Positions 16,578 to 26,555 are shown, numbered from the stretch's first letter. The stretch is DNA of 53,985 nt from an uncultured Candidatus Saccharibacteria bacterium (GCA_964483435.1 CAZAAO010000001.1:1-53985); one strand, 5' to 3'. Translations and numbers: made by a program. The notes: generated by a model not told the origin, from the sequence alone.

Positions 16578-19397
16578 TCAATAGCCATTTAAGACCGCTC
16601 TTGTCTTTGGACCAACGTGCCCATAACCGTCATCCCCAGGTTTTGCAATGCCGTATTTCACTTGGAACTTTTTGACCGCAGCAAGAGTCATCGGGCCGAA
16701 ATATCCAGTAATGAGCCCTTCGGGGTACACACTTTTATCTTGAGCCAATATTTTTTGAAGCTTCTTTACGTCGTCGCCTTTTGAATCAGATTTCATATAG
16801 CTCGAAACTTTGACACCAATGCTACCGCCGAGAGGAGCTTTGGTACTAGAAATTGTGTTTGATGAATTGTTTTTACTCGATCCTCCACCTCCTCCACCAC
16901 CACCCGAACTCCTTGCGACCGCCGATGACGCACTGGAATTCGAATTTGCCGTAGCATTTGAATTTCCAAGAGACGCAGAAGTGCCACCTCCTTGATTTTG
17001 ACTAGCAGACGACGCGCTCGACTGAGAGTTGGCCGAGCTTTGTGATGAGTTGTTTTGTGACGAATTTGGTTGTGAACCCCCCGTGTTTGTAGATCCGTTC
17101 GATAATCCTTGCGTACCTCCAGTCTGCGATGATGAGGATTGATTAGAGTTTGAACTGCTTGAGCCAGAACTAGACCCTCCGCCAGAAGACGACCCACCTG
17201 ATGAAGATTGGCCGGTCGTCTGCGCCCCAGAAGTGTCCGGAATTGCTTTGACTCCAGCTGATGACGCAGGGTTCGAGCAGCTATTGTTGCTTGTCGGATT
17301 TGAAAGAGCGCGTGTACCACGATATGGATCAAGTAAGTTTGAAGAATTGCCACTAAAGCAGTTATTTTCTAGCGAAATATTGCTAACTCGCGAAGGTGAA
17401 AATTCATAAATACTTATTCCAGCGGTGCTATTGTCGCTAAAAGTATTGTTGCCAATATATACATTATCGATATCTCCCCTGCCGATAAGCACAAGACCGG
17501 TCATAGAATTATTTTTGATAAGATTTGAAGTGACTGTGATGTTTTTTGAAGGTAGAGAATTTTGAGGACTGATGATTATCCCATTGTCTTGTCTCGTACT
17601 TGCCGTGCCTTGATCCAAAATTTGGTTTTGAGAGATAGTGAGACCATTTGTACTAAATATCATAAGTCCAGCCTGCCAGCCGCCAAGTCCATTGCGGTGA
17701 TTGTTGATTATTATGTTCCCCGAAATTTCTGAGTTGACCAAATTGATCGCCGCATAGATTCCGCTGATAGCGTTTTGATCGAGATAATTATTTCGGATTA
17801 TGTATCTACCTGTCGAGGAGACTCTATCATCGAGCTGAATGCCGTGGTAAATATTTCTCGATGCGGAATTGTTTTCGATATATGTCGCCTCGCCTCCGTT
17901 GCCATAGTCCACTGCTTTGATACCCGCGCCGTTTGTATCGTCAGTGCGATTGTTCAAGATCTTTGCGCCGATACCCTGCGTCACTATGCCCGTCGCTCCG
18001 ATTGCACTTAGATAATTACCACTCACAGTCGGATATTTTTCGTATTGGAAAGTCTCTGCATTCCCTAGCCAAAATCCTCTTGTGCCATCAGGGCGACCGT
18101 TCCATGTACCAGTGCCAGTCTTCACCACCGAATTGTTTGAATATGTATTGTACTCTCCTCCGATACTTACTATGGCCGCATTGCCCGGATAGCCCACATT
18201 TGTAAAGGTATTTTGTGTCACCGTAGAGCGCACCGAAGCATTGAGACCGATGAGAGAATTGCCCACATTGTTGCCTTCGAAAGTCAGATTTTTGATCGTA
18301 CAGTTCGTACACTTTTCGAGCACAAGCATCACCTTATCAAAACCAGGCACACTTAGGTTGGACTGCGCCGTACTTACAAATCCTCCACCATTTTTTCCAT
18401 AGATAGTGATGTTGCTTTTGTTTTTTATGAGAAGACCTGCACTACCCACGCTCACCTTACAAGGTACTTCAAGCACCGCATTGTCTGCCAAATTATTCAA
18501 AACTTGTTGGAAGTCTCCACTACACGACGTGGTGTTTGTTTGGGTTTGGGTCTGTGTCGAATTTTGAGTCTGGGTCGAGGTTTGGGTTTGAGTCTGAGTC
18601 TGAGTTTGGGTCTGGTTTTGAGTTTGTTGAGTATTTGAATTTTGCTGTGACCCTGAGTTTGTATTTGAAGTGTTGTTTGATTGTGAAGAAGCTCCCGTAT
18701 CGCCATAGACATCTTGTACTTCTGAAGCTGAAAGTGCTCGGTTATAGACACGCACTTCGTCTAAAACTCCGTTGAACAATCCGTCCCTACCGGCGCCAAT
18801 CTTCAAATCATAAAAATCAGTATATGTACCCGAGAAATTTTGAGTTGCGACCAGGCTGCCGTTGAGGTACAGGTTTGCCACACCACTCGAGGAGTCAAAC
18901 GTAGCCACCACATGACTCCATGCATTTGGTGTAAGCCCCCAATATTGGAGCCTTTTTGGGATCACACCGCTTTGCCCAGAGCTTCTGGTGAATTCGAGAA
19001 GTGTGCCTTGTGTGCGAATCTCAAAACCTTCGGCTCCCTGATTGAACGAGCCATTCCCTTTGGTAGCTATGCCTTGGATTTCGGAAGCAAAAGAAGAATA
19101 CACCCACGCCGCAAAAGTAAACGATCCTGATCCGAAGTTTATATTGCTTGCATTTGAGACAGTGATGTATTGGTTTGCGCCATTTGTCGAAAGTCCGAGT
19201 CCAAATTTGCCAGAGACAGAGCTTGGATTGCCAGAAGAACTTATTGTATTTGATGATCCAGAAGTATCAGAAAGCAAGCTTGAAGAGTTGTTGAAGTTGA
19301 GATACAAAACTTGTCCTGACGTGGGAGCGGCTGCAAAAGCAAAGACTGGTGTGACTAATAAAACCCCAAATACTGCAAAAAGAGATAATTTGTTCAT
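16578..19397 (-). CDS. giant secreted surface protein: LamG-like lectin domain, TQ-repeat linker, right-handed beta-helix repeats, S/G/N-rich linker and C-terminal peptidoglycan-binding domain
   Basis: Signal peptide MNKLSLFAVFGVLLVTPVFAFA. LamG-type block (FTFAAWVY...LDEVRVYNRALSASEV). Repeated NN-x-I/G beta-helix units. C-terminal GDDVKKLQKILA...GYFGPMTLAAVKKFQ, which is PG_binding_1-like. Confidence 0.8.
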   Translation of the reverse strand: MNKLSLFAVFGVLLVTPVFAFAAAPTSGQVLYLNFNNSSSLLSDTSGSSNTISSSGNPSSVSGKFGLGLSTNGANQYITVSNASNINFGSGSFTFAAWVYSSFASEIQGIATKGNGSFNQGAEGFEIRTQGTLLEFTRSSGQSGVIPKRLQYWGLTPNAWSHVVATFDSSSGVANLYLNGSLVATQNFSGTYTDFYDLKIGAGRDGLFNGVLDEVRVYNRALSASEVQDVYGDTGASSQSNNTSNTNSGSQQNSNTQQTQNQTQTQTQTQTQTSTQTQNSTQTQTQTNTTSCSGDFQQVLNNLADNAVLEVPCKVSVGSAGLLIKNKSNITIYGKNGGGFVSTAQSNLSVPGFDKVMLVLEKCTNCTIKNLTFEGNNVGNSLIGLNASVRSTVTQNTFTNVGYPGNAAIVSIGGEYNTYSNNSVVKTGTGTWNGRPDGTRGFWLGNAETFQYEKYPTVSGNYLSAIGATGIVTQGIGAKILNNRTDDTNGAGIKAVDYGNGGEATYIENNSASRNIYHGIQLDDRVSSTGRYIIRNNYLDQNAISGIYAAINLVNSEISGNIIINNHRNGLGGWQAGLMIFSTNGLTISQNQILDQGTASTRQDNGIIISPQNSLPSKNITVTSNLIKNNSMTGLVLIGRGDIDNVYIGNNTFSDNSTAGISIYEFSPSRVSNISLENNCFSGNSSNLLDPYRGTRALSNPTSNNSCSNPASSAGVKAIPDTSGAQTTGQSSSGGSSSGGGSSSGSSSSNSNQSSSSQTGGTQGLSNGSTNTGGSQPNSSQNNSSQSSANSQSSASSASQNQGGGTSASLGNSNATANSNSSASSAVARSSGGGGGGGGSSKNNSSNTISSTKAPLGGSIGVKVSSYMKSDSKGDDVKKLQKILAQDKSVYPEGLITGYFGPMTLAAVKKFQVKYGIAKPGDDGYGHVGPKTRAVLNGY
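18530..18640. repeat. hexanucleotide-like microsatellite encoding the (TQ)n linker
   Basis: GTTTGGGTTTGGGTCTG...GAGTCTGAGTCTGAGTTTGGGTCTGG encodes QTQNQTQTQTQTQTQTSTQTQ on the minus strand. Confidence 0.7.
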
Positions 19398-19417
19398 ATT
19401 TATGTATGATTATACCA
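19398..19417 (-). promoter_or_regulatory. extended -10 (TGGTATAAT) 11 nt from the ATG of the LamG protein gene
   Basis: The minus strand reads TGG TATAAT CATACATAAAT ATG, implying a leader of only a few nt. Confidence 0.4.
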
Positions 19418-19431
19418 ACAACACAGACGCT

Positions 19432-21615
19432 ATGGAACGCAATTCCCCTATAGAAAGTATAACCAAACTATCTCTCGAACAGCGTAAGGCACTCTCCCGC
19501 CTCGGGCTAAAAACCGTAGAAGACCTCCTTCGGTATTTCCCCACTCGCTACAACACACCTGGAAGTATCAAGTCAGTAGAGACTTTGCTCGAAGGTGATG
19601 AAGCGGCTCTCTTTGGAAAGATTGTTTCGATAAAGACAGGCAAAACATTTCGCGGCCGAGTACCAATATCTGAAGGAGTATTTGAAGACACGACGGGCAA
19701 GATCAAGCTCATCTGGTTCAACCAGCCGTATATTGCGAAAATGTTTAACGAGGGCGACTCCGTACGCATCGAAGGCAAGGTAAGCTCGCGCAAAGAAACT
19801 CTCGCTATACTCAATCCAAAAATTGAAAAGATAAAAGATATTCCTGTCGGAGTCGGTGGTTCACTTTTTACAAACAAAGACACAGGCGAAGAAGAGCACA
19901 CTCTTTACCCTATTTATCCGGAGACGAGACACGTCACTTCAAACTGGATTTATCACACGCTGCAGAGAGTGTTTAGAAGCGGCGTGCTCGACAAGCTCGA
20001 AGATTCGATCCCTCAAGAAATTCTAAAAAAATACAATCTCCCCTCTCTACGTTCGGCTCTCATTTGGATCCATGCTCCGCTCAAGATCGAAGATGCTGAG
20101 ATCGCACGTAAGCGTTTTGCATTTGAAGAAATATTTGTAATCCAGCTCGATCGAGCTCGCGAACGCACTCTGGCTCGTAAGGAAAAAGCTTTCGTGATCG
20201 AAAAAAAGCCCCGCGAAATCGAGGAATTCGCGTCTACTTTCCCTTTTCCCCTCACTCAAGCTCAAAAGAGAGTAGTGGGCTCAATACTCGAAGATTTCAA
20301 AAAAGGTTACCCCATGTCTCGTCTTATCGAAGGAGATGTGGGTAGTGGCAAGACTGCCGTGGCGGCTATTGCCGCCTACGCAGCGGTGTCGACTCGGCCG
20401 GACGGCAAGGACTATGGCAATGTCCAAGTCGCGTACATGGCACCGACCGAAATATTAGCTCTGCAGCATTTTGAATCATTTATCGAATACTTTGCAAAGT
20501 ACAAAATCCAAGTAGGCCTCATCACGGGAAGCGGCGCCAAAAAATTTCCTTCAAAGGTGAGAAGCCCTTCGACAAGCTCAGGGCAAACTTGGACCAAGAT
20601 ATCAAAGCCGCAACTTCTCAAATGGGTAGCGAACGGTGAAATACCAATCCTTATTGGCACTCACGCTCTCATTCAAAAAAATGTAAATTTCAAAAACCTT
20701 GGACTCATTGTGATCGACGAGCAGCATCGCTTTGGCATAAAGCAGCGTATGACCCTGCGCAAAAAGCAGGGATCGACTCCGCACCTCCTCTCTATGACTG
20801 CGACCCCTATCCCCCGCTCGCTCGCTCTCACCATCTTTGGCGACCTAGACCTCTCTCTCCTCGACGAGCTTCCTCCTGGTCGCAAACCTGTGACGACCAA
20901 AATCATTTTGCCCGGAGAGCGTGCCGGCGTTTATGAAAAAGTCCGCGAAGAGCTTGATAAAGGCAGACAAGCTTATGTCATATGTCCGCGTATCAACGAG
21001 CCAGACCCGGATAAAGAAATGGCCATAAACGCGAAGTCTGTAATGGAAGAAGCAAAACGTCTGCAGGCGACCGAGTTTAAAAAGTACAAAGTACTAGCTA
21101 TCACCGGCAAGATGACTCCAAAGGAGAAAGATGCGGTAATGCAGGATTTTAAAGACAAAAAGGGTGATGTGCTTGTAGCCACCTCGGTGATTGAAGTGGG
21201 CGTAAATGTCCCAAACGCGACCGTGATGATAATCGAAAACGCGGAGAGGTTTGGCCTCTCTCAGCTGCACCAGCTGCGAGGGAGGATTTTGCGCAGCAGC
21301 TTCGAGCCGTATTGTTTTGTATTTACCGAGAGCAAAACCAAAAAGACGGTCGAGAGACTCAAATCATTTACCCGAGCGAAAAACGGTTTTGAACTTGCCG
21401 AAGAAGATTTGAAACAGCGTGGGTCCGGAGACCTAATAGGCACCAGACAGTGGGGCGTCTCCGACCTCGCCATGGACGCACTCAAAAATATAAAGATGGT
21501 CGAAGCGGCTCGCACCGAAGCAAGCGCGCTCGTCGAAAAAGATTTTGATCTTAAAAAATATCCTGCACTAGCAAAGAGAGTGCTCGAGAGCGAAAAGCCG
21601 ATACATTTGGAGTAA
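19432..21615 (+). CDS. recG: ATP-dependent DNA helicase RecG
   Basis: ORF 19042-21615 trimmed to the ATG at 19432; the upstream part is antisense to the neighbouring gene. Wedge/OB region, Walker A GDVGSGKT, DEQHRFG, and helicase C motifs including QLHQLRGR. Confidence 0.9.
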   Translation: MERNSPIESITKLSLEQRKALSRLGLKTVEDLLRYFPTRYNTPGSIKSVETLLEGDEAALFGKIVSIKTGKTFRGRVPISEGVFEDTTGKIKLIWFNQPYIAKMFNEGDSVRIEGKVSSRKETLAILNPKIEKIKDIPVGVGGSLFTNKDTGEEEHTLYPIYPETRHVTSNWIYHTLQRVFRSGVLDKLEDSIPQEILKKYNLPSLRSALIWIHAPLKIEDAEIARKRFAFEEIFVIQLDRARERTLARKEKAFVIEKKPREIEEFASTFPFPLTQAQKRVVGSILEDFKKGYPMSRLIEGDVGSGKTAVAAIAAYAAVSTRPDGKDYGNVQVAYMAPTEILALQHFESFIEYFAKYKIQVGLITGSGAKKFPSKVRSPSTSSGQTWTKISKPQLLKWVANGEIPILIGTHALIQKNVNFKNLGLIVIDEQHRFGIKQRMTLRKKQGSTPHLLSMTATPIPRSLALTIFGDLDLSLLDELPPGRKPVTTKIILPGERAGVYEKVREELDKGRQAYVICPRINEPDPDKEMAINAKSVMEEAKRLQATEFKKYKVLAITGKMTPKEKDAVMQDFKDKKGDVLVATSVIEVGVNVPNATVMIIENAERFGLSQLHQLRGRILRSSFEPYCFVFTESKTKKTVERLKSFTRAKNGFELAEEDLKQRGSGDLIGTRQWGVSDLAMDALKNIKMVEAARTEASALVEKDFDLKKYPALAKRVLESEKPIHLE

Positions 21616-21616
21616 A

Positions 21617-21657
21617 ACAAAAAGCCGCCCTCGCTATGCGAGGGCGGCTTTTTGTTT
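21617..21657. terminator. bidirectional intrinsic terminator between convergent genes
   Basis: AAAAAGCCGCCCTCGC TAT GCGAGGGCGGCTTTTTG. Confidence 0.8.
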
Positions 21658-21661
21658 TATG

Positions 21662-21709
21662 TCTTCCCTCTCCTGCTAAGGAGAGGGTGGCTGCAAGCCG
21701 GGTGAGGTT
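21662..21709. repeat. GC-hairpin/G-tail repeat family 1, copy 1 (divergent)
   Basis: TCTTCCCTCTCCTGCTAAGGAGAGGGTGGCTGCAAGCCGGGTGAGGTT. Confidence 0.6.
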
Positions 21710-21719
21710 TGTATGCAAA

Positions 21720-21750
21720 GAAAAAACACCCTTACGGGTGTTTTTTCTTT
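21720..21750. terminator. second bidirectional hairpin terminator
   Basis: AAAAAACACCC TTAC GGGTGTTTTTT. Confidence 0.7.
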
Positions 21751-21797
21751 TTCCCTCCCCTGCACAAGGGGAGGGTGCCCGATAGGGCGGGAGGGGT
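21750..21797. repeat. GC-hairpin/G-tail repeat family 1, copy 2
   Basis: TTCCCTCCCCTGCACAAGGGGAGGGTGCCCGATAGGGCGGGAGGGGTT differs at about 3 of 48 nt from 34817-34864. It abuts the stop codon of the minus-strand gene. Confidence 0.8.
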
Positions 21798-23813
21798 TTA
21801 AGGGAACGAAACGTCCTGAGTCCTCCATTCGACTTGTCCGGCCATGAAGTTGGTAGTGTTTACGTTGCCACCACCCTGCCAGTTGAAACCTTCAAATCCT
21901 ACAGAGTATAGACCGCTTGGTAGTGGGCTACCATCTGGTCTGCGACCGAGGATCTGGAATGTCACTGGGATAGTCACTTCAGTACCTTCTGGGATCATAA
22001 AGCTATTGTTTAGACCCGAAGTCGTAGCGCCACTAGGCACGGAGAACGAGGTAGAAGTAGCTGCGCTGCCGATTGAGGCGTCATACGCACCGTTGCGATA
22101 TACGCGGAACGCAGTCGTGCTACCAAACGCTGGGCTCGATGATGCTGTGGTGCCAAGTACTACGTCATCTCCTACCGCTCTCACGCGAACATTGAATGTC
22201 GCAGTAAGAGAAGATGTGCTCATGTTGTTTACCCCACTTCCCTGTGGCACACCACTAGTAGTGATCGACTTAGAAACAAGTGTAATCTCCGGACCAGCAT
22301 TACGTACGCTTAAGGTGTATCCCGTCGCGCTTCCAGTAATGTCGCTTGAGCTCAACTGATCACCAATTTGGTTTTCAGCTGTGATACCCGAGGACGGTAC
22401 GGATACTGTGAAGTTCGCAGAGTTTACGTTTGCATTTCTAACATCGATTCGGATCGAGAGTGTGCGAGTAGTGTCGCGAGGTACAGTGTAGTCGAGATTT
22501 GAGAATGTCGCAGTCCCGTTTGAGATAGGCGCATTATCAATCTCAGTTGAACCCTCGTAGAGGTAAGCTGTGCTTGATGCGTTTGCAGCACCAGAGCCAG
22601 TCTTAGACACATTTACTGTAAGGTCAGTGATTGTCACATCATCCCTTTCAGCACGTACGTCAAACATAAGAGCTGTAAGACGATCGTACTCATTTTGGTT
22701 TGTACCTGATGATGCGATCACACCTTGTGTCTGAGGCGTATTAGTGTTGAGCGAAACTCGGAGAGTCGATGACTCCGAAAGACTCTCGTTAATGTTGACA
22801 CTTCGAGAGACTGAGCTACCAGTAGAAGGGCTGTAATGATCAATACCTGCTCCATCTATACCTCTTACACCGTCATTTGCCAGAGATACAGTGTAGTTAG
22901 AAGATAGGTCTGTCGAGTCGATCGAGGATCTTACATCTACTCTGATCTGAAGATCTCGAGTACTGTTGCGTGGCACTATATAGTTAAATCCAGTTATGTC
23001 TATATAGTATGTGCTGCCTTCTCTAATCACGTTACTTGAATTGAGATCTCTAGATGCAAGAGTGTTGCTTCCATCTGAGACGTAAACACGTGAAAAGATT
23101 TTGTTGTAAAGTGTTGAGCTATTACCAAGATTTACTCTAACGCGCTGTACTGCTATGTCAGAAGTACGCGCTTCAACTCGGAAACCTAGCACCGCAACGT
23201 TGGTTTGCCCTTCGTAGACAGTAGAGTTTATACCTGCATTTGAGGCAGTGACTGACATGGTACCCTCTACACCCGGAGTAGTGATGACACCACTACCTGT
23301 ACCTGGAGTTGTAGTACCGGTACCAGGATTAGGATTTGGCACTACAACTACAAGCAAAGTATTGATTCTTCCACGTGTAATTGGGCCGAAGTATCCAGCA
23401 GCCGGCGCTATACCATTTGCAGCTTGGAAACGAGCTAGAGCTGCTCGAGTGAGATTGCCGAAATATCCGTAGGCTACGCCGTTTGGCATAGTGAGATATC
23501 CGCGCATAACAAGAAATCTCTGCAGTTCAGTAACCTGTGCTCCAGTCGAACCGATCGTGAGATCAGTCGTAAACATGAATCCCGTAGATACTCCTGTACC
23601 CATACCTGTACCCGCACCAGTTTGACCATTGAGCTGTGCTTGCAATTGAGAAATTAGCGCGAGAAGTGATGCTATCTGAGCCTGAAGGCTTGCTGTTGAC
23701 TGTGAGTTTGTATTTGTCGAAGTAGTTGTAGTCTGCGCTTGTGCAGTGACACCGGATACACCCATAGCCAAAGCGATAGAAAGCCCCACGAGGCGCTTCA
23801 TCGTTTTACTCAT
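21798..23813 (-). CDS. secreted cell-surface protein with an N-terminal peptidoglycan-binding domain and repeated beta-rich modules
   Basis: Signal peptide MKRLVGLSIALAMGVSGVTAQA. PG_binding_1-like GAQVTELQRFLVMRGYL...GYFGNLTRAALARFQ. Internal repeats (VPRNSTRDLQIRVDVRSS / VPRDTTRTLSIRIDVRNA). Confidence 0.75.
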   Translation of the reverse strand: MSKTMKRLVGLSIALAMGVSGVTAQAQTTTTSTNTNSQSTASLQAQIASLLALISQLQAQLNGQTGAGTGMGTGVSTGFMFTTDLTIGSTGAQVTELQRFLVMRGYLTMPNGVAYGYFGNLTRAALARFQAANGIAPAAGYFGPITRGRINTLLVVVVPNPNPGTGTTTPGTGSGVITTPGVEGTMSVTASNAGINSTVYEGQTNVAVLGFRVEARTSDIAVQRVRVNLGNSSTLYNKIFSRVYVSDGSNTLASRDLNSSNVIREGSTYYIDITGFNYIVPRNSTRDLQIRVDVRSSIDSTDLSSNYTVSLANDGVRGIDGAGIDHYSPSTGSSVSRSVNINESLSESSTLRVSLNTNTPQTQGVIASSGTNQNEYDRLTALMFDVRAERDDVTITDLTVNVSKTGSGAANASSTAYLYEGSTEIDNAPISNGTATFSNLDYTVPRDTTRTLSIRIDVRNANVNSANFTVSVPSSGITAENQIGDQLSSSDITGSATGYTLSVRNAGPEITLVSKSITTSGVPQGSGVNNMSTSSLTATFNVRVRAVGDDVVLGTTASSSPAFGSTTAFRVYRNGAYDASIGSAATSTSFSVPSGATTSGLNNSFMIPEGTEVTIPVTFQILGRRPDGSPLPSGLYSVGFEGFNWQGGGNVNTTNFMAGQVEWRTQDVSFP

Positions 23814-23939
23814 AAATTTTTATATTTAACTGATAAGGAGTTGATAAAGCCAAGCGGCCTTTAATTAGCAAATTAAAAACCTTTCTCGGCAATGTAAAAT
23901 TACCATTTTAGAAAGGAAGAATAGATGAAGCAAAAGTTG

Positions 23940-24013
23940 TCCGCCCTCTAGGATTCGAACCTAGGACCCCAGAGGTATAAGCTCTGTGCTCTAACCAACT
24001 GAGCTAAGGGCGG
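23940..24013 (-). tRNA. tRNA-Ile with anticodon UAU
   Basis: The minus strand reads CCGCCCT TA GCTC AGTTGGTTA GAGC A CAGAG CTTATAC CTCTG GGGTC CTAGG TTCGAAT CCTAG AGGGCGG A. This is a canonical cloverleaf with U33, A37 and anticodon TAT. It has a C1-G72 pair and no encoded CCA. Confidence 0.8.
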
Positions 24014-24044
24014 TTTCGTTACTCATCATATATTTTGTTGTCCC

Positions 24045-24072
24045 AAAATTCAAACAGCCCCCTTGCGGGGGC
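24045..24072 (-). terminator. hairpin terminator after the pilin gene
   Basis: GCCCCC TTGC GGGGGC followed on the minus strand by TGTTTGAATTTT. Confidence 0.55.
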
Positions 24073-24085
24073 CGTTTTAGAGAAT

Positions 24086-24547
24086 TTAGTTACAAGTCGA
24101 GTCGCCGTTTGCTAGGTTCGAAGCAATAAGTTTTGACACTCCAGTTGAGTCCACACACCAATACCCCGTAACACTAAGAAGGTTCGCAGTCACTGCATAC
24201 CCAGTCACAGTTGAGCGACAAGTAGCAGTCACGGACGCAGGCAATGCTGTCGATGAAATATAAGCGTTGACTAGTGTGTTTGCAAACATCTGGTCGCAAG
24301 CATTTGTTGCGGTACCGTAGTTGCCGTTTGTATCGTAATACAATTCGGCCGCCGATCTTACACCAGCAAGTTGTGCGCGAGTTTTAGCATCGTTACCTCT
24401 TGCTCTTGAGCTATTCAGGGCTACAAGCACAATCGAAGAAAGAACGCCGATGATCGCAATAACAACCAAAAGTTCAATAAGCGTGAAGCCTGCGTTTTTT
24501 GGCCAATGTCTGAAGACGAAAGATGCTTTTTTAAAATTTGCAGTCAT
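24086..24547 (-). CDS. type IV (major) pilin / prepilin
   Basis: Prepilin signal ...WPKNAG|FTLIELLVVIAIIGVLSSIVLVAL (G-1, F+1, E+5). 153 aa with C-terminal Cys residues. Confidence 0.88.
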   Translation of the reverse strand: MTANFKKASFVFRHWPKNAGFTLIELLVVIAIIGVLSSIVLVALNSSRARGNDAKTRAQLAGVRSAAELYYDTNGNYGTATNACDQMFANTLVNAYISSTALPASVTATCRSTVTGYAVTANLLSVTGYWCVDSTGVSKLIASNLANGDSTCN

Positions 24548-24630
24548 AATAAAAGATACCTGCTAATACAATAATGATAGCAGCAAAGGAGTGCTTGACT
24601 ACATACACATGTTGATAACATCAGGAACGG

Positions 24631-26538
24631 CTATTCTACCTTTACCTTGGGTTCGATGCCGTGAGCTTTGAGTATAGAGTCAAATTCGTCCTTCTCGATC
24701 GTCTCCGCTTCTATTAGGCGCTTTGCGATCACGTCTAGCACTGCACGCTTTTCGGTAATTATCTGCAAGGCTCGTTCATAAGCATCTTTCATGATTTGAG
24801 AAACCTCATCGTCAATCAGAGATCCGACCTTCTCAGAATAGTCCTTGTCGCTTACACCTTTTCCAAATAAAGCCTTACCGCCCTGCCCTTCTAGCGCCAT
24901 GGGACCGATATTTTCGGACATTCCATACTTGGTCACCATGTCTCGAGCCATTGCAGTCGAGACTTGCAAATCATTTGAAGGACCGGTAGTGAGATCGCCA
25001 AAGATAGTCTTCTCTGTGACGTAGCCGCCGAGCGACATTGCGATGTCATCCAAAAATTCTTTTTTGCTCTGAAGCTTTCTGTCTTCGATCGGTAATTTGA
25101 GGGTATAGCCCGCTGCACGCCCTCGACTGATGATGGAGATCTTGTGAACTGGGTCCGCATTTGGAAGCACAGAAGCGACGAGCGCGTGTCCGGCCTCATG
25201 GTATGCAGTGATCTCCTTTTCTTTTGGAGAGAGGATGTGGCTGCGTCTTTCGGGTCCTAGCATCACCTTTTCGATAGATCGTATAAGGTCAAATTGAGAA
25301 ACTTTTTTGCGGTTTTCCCTTGCGGCAAGTATTGCCGCTTCGTTCATAAGAGAGTACAAATCCGCACCTGAAAATCCCGGGGTCCTTTCGGCAATGAGAG
25401 GGATATTTACGTCTTCTGCAAAAGGCTTTTGCTTTGCATGGATTTTGAGTATCTCTTCACGGTCGCTTCTGTCTGGTAGATCGATAGTAACGCGTCGGTC
25501 AAATCTTCCAGGTCGGAGGAGTGCCGGGTCAAGCACGTCAGGGCGGTTCGTAGCAGCCATCACCACCACCTTTTCTGTCGGTTCAAAGCCGTCCATCTCA
25601 ACGAGGATTTGGTTCAAGGTCTGCTCGCGCTCATCGTTGCCACCACCCATACCGCCCCCACGGATGCGACCCACAGCGTCAATCTCATCCATAAAGATGA
25701 TCGCTGGAGCTGCCGCTTTGGCCATTGCAAAAAGGTCGCGCACGCGACTCGCGCCAACACCGACAAACATTTCTACAAACTCCGATCCAGAAATCGAAAA
25801 GAAAGATACGTTTGCCTCCCCCGCTACCGCACGTGCGAGGAGAGTCTTACCAGTACCAGGCGCACCCATAAGGAGAATACCCTTTGGAATGCGAGCTCCG
25901 ATCTCAAAAAACTTTTTTGGATTGCGCAAAAAGTCGACGATCTCGCCAAGCTCTTCCTTCGCTTCCTTGCATCCTGCCACATCTTTGAAAGTCACTTTTT
26001 GTCTCTGGTCATCAGGAGTAGTGAGACGAGCGCGAGACTGACCAAAAGTAAAAGCCTGCATACCAGCTCCCTTCACTTGGCGGGTCATGAGCCAAATGAA
26101 AACGGCAATAAATAGAATTGGGAAAAGTATTGGTGAAAGATTGAGAATCCAGTACATAAAGCCCGCACCTTCGTCGATCACCACATTGAGCTTGCTAAGC
26201 TCGGCAGGAGTGACACCATAGACGCTCAAAGTCTCCCCTATACTTGCGGTGTCTTCTTTCTTTGCGATCTTTTTTGTACCGTCGCTAAAAAGAGCTTCGA
26301 CTTGATTGCTCCTTACAGTAAGCTGTTTGACCTCGTCTCGCTTCACACTTGTCGCAATCTCCGAAATGCTTACCTCCGTCGTTTTTTTATCAAACGAAAG
26401 CACCGAGTAAAGCGTAACGATGATCACAAAGATCAAAACACTCGTCAGTATGTTGCCCCAAAAGGAGTTGCGCATCGGGCGCTTGAGTTTGGGCTTGGTT
26501 TCTAATGGATCAAGTTTTTTTGGTGTTGGTTTGCTCAT
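24631..26538 (-). CDS. ftsH: ATP-dependent zinc metalloprotease FtsH
   Basis: Two N-terminal TM helices, Walker A GAPGTGKT, Walker [13 protein letters not shown], and the Zn motif HEAGHA. Confidence 0.97.
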   Translation of the reverse strand: MSKPTPKKLDPLETKPKLKRPMRNSFWGNILTSVLIFVIIVTLYSVLSFDKKTTEVSISEIATSVKRDEVKQLTVRSNQVEALFSDGTKKIAKKEDTASIGETLSVYGVTPAELSKLNVVIDEGAGFMYWILNLSPILFPILFIAVFIWLMTRQVKGAGMQAFTFGQSRARLTTPDDQRQKVTFKDVAGCKEAKEELGEIVDFLRNPKKFFEIGARIPKGILLMGAPGTGKTLLARAVAGEANVSFFSISGSEFVEMFVGVGASRVRDLFAMAKAAAPAIIFMDEIDAVGRIRGGGMGGGNDEREQTLNQILVEMDGFEPTEKVVVMAATNRPDVLDPALLRPGRFDRRVTIDLPDRSDREEILKIHAKQKPFAEDVNIPLIAERTPGFSGADLYSLMNEAAILAARENRKKVSQFDLIRSIEKVMLGPERRSHILSPKEKEITAYHEAGHALVASVLPNADPVHKISIISRGRAAGYTLKLPIEDRKLQSKKEFLDDIAMSLGGYVTEKTIFGDLTTGPSNDLQVSTAMARDMVTKYGMSENIGPMALEGQGGKALFGKGVSDKDYSEKVGSLIDDEVSQIMKDAYERALQIITEKRAVLDVIAKRLIEAETIEKDEFDSILKAHGIEPKVKVE

Positions 26539-26555
26539 TGCCGAATATTATATCA
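26539..26555 (-). promoter_or_regulatory. extended -10 (TGATATAAT) 8 nt from the ftsH ATG
   Basis: The minus strand reads TGA TATAAT ATTCGGCA ATG. Confidence 0.45.

Noticed and set aside
16793-17353. 186-aa alternative-frame ORF and 16810-16995(+) ORF in the S/G-rich part of the 939-aa surface protein.
   Set aside because: Low-complexity repeat DNA stays open in several frames. The main frame is continuous with flanking recognisable domains.
19042-19431. 130-codon N-terminal extension of the recG ORF (ORF track 19042..21615).
   Set aside because: It is antisense to the 5' end of the LamG surface-protein gene. The extension is not RecG-like. A typical RecG N-terminus (MERNSPIESITKLSLEQRKAL) starts at the ATG at 19432, just past the divergent promoter region.
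25307-26041. 244-aa and 168-aa plus-strand ORFs inside ftsH. Similar antisense ORFs lie inside pnp (32900-33930), fusA (35226-36537), recJ (43219-43734), secY and the ComM-like gene.
   Set aside because: They are antisense to strongly supported conserved genes, have no start signals, and show the Ser/Arg/Pro-rich composition typical of shadow ORFs.
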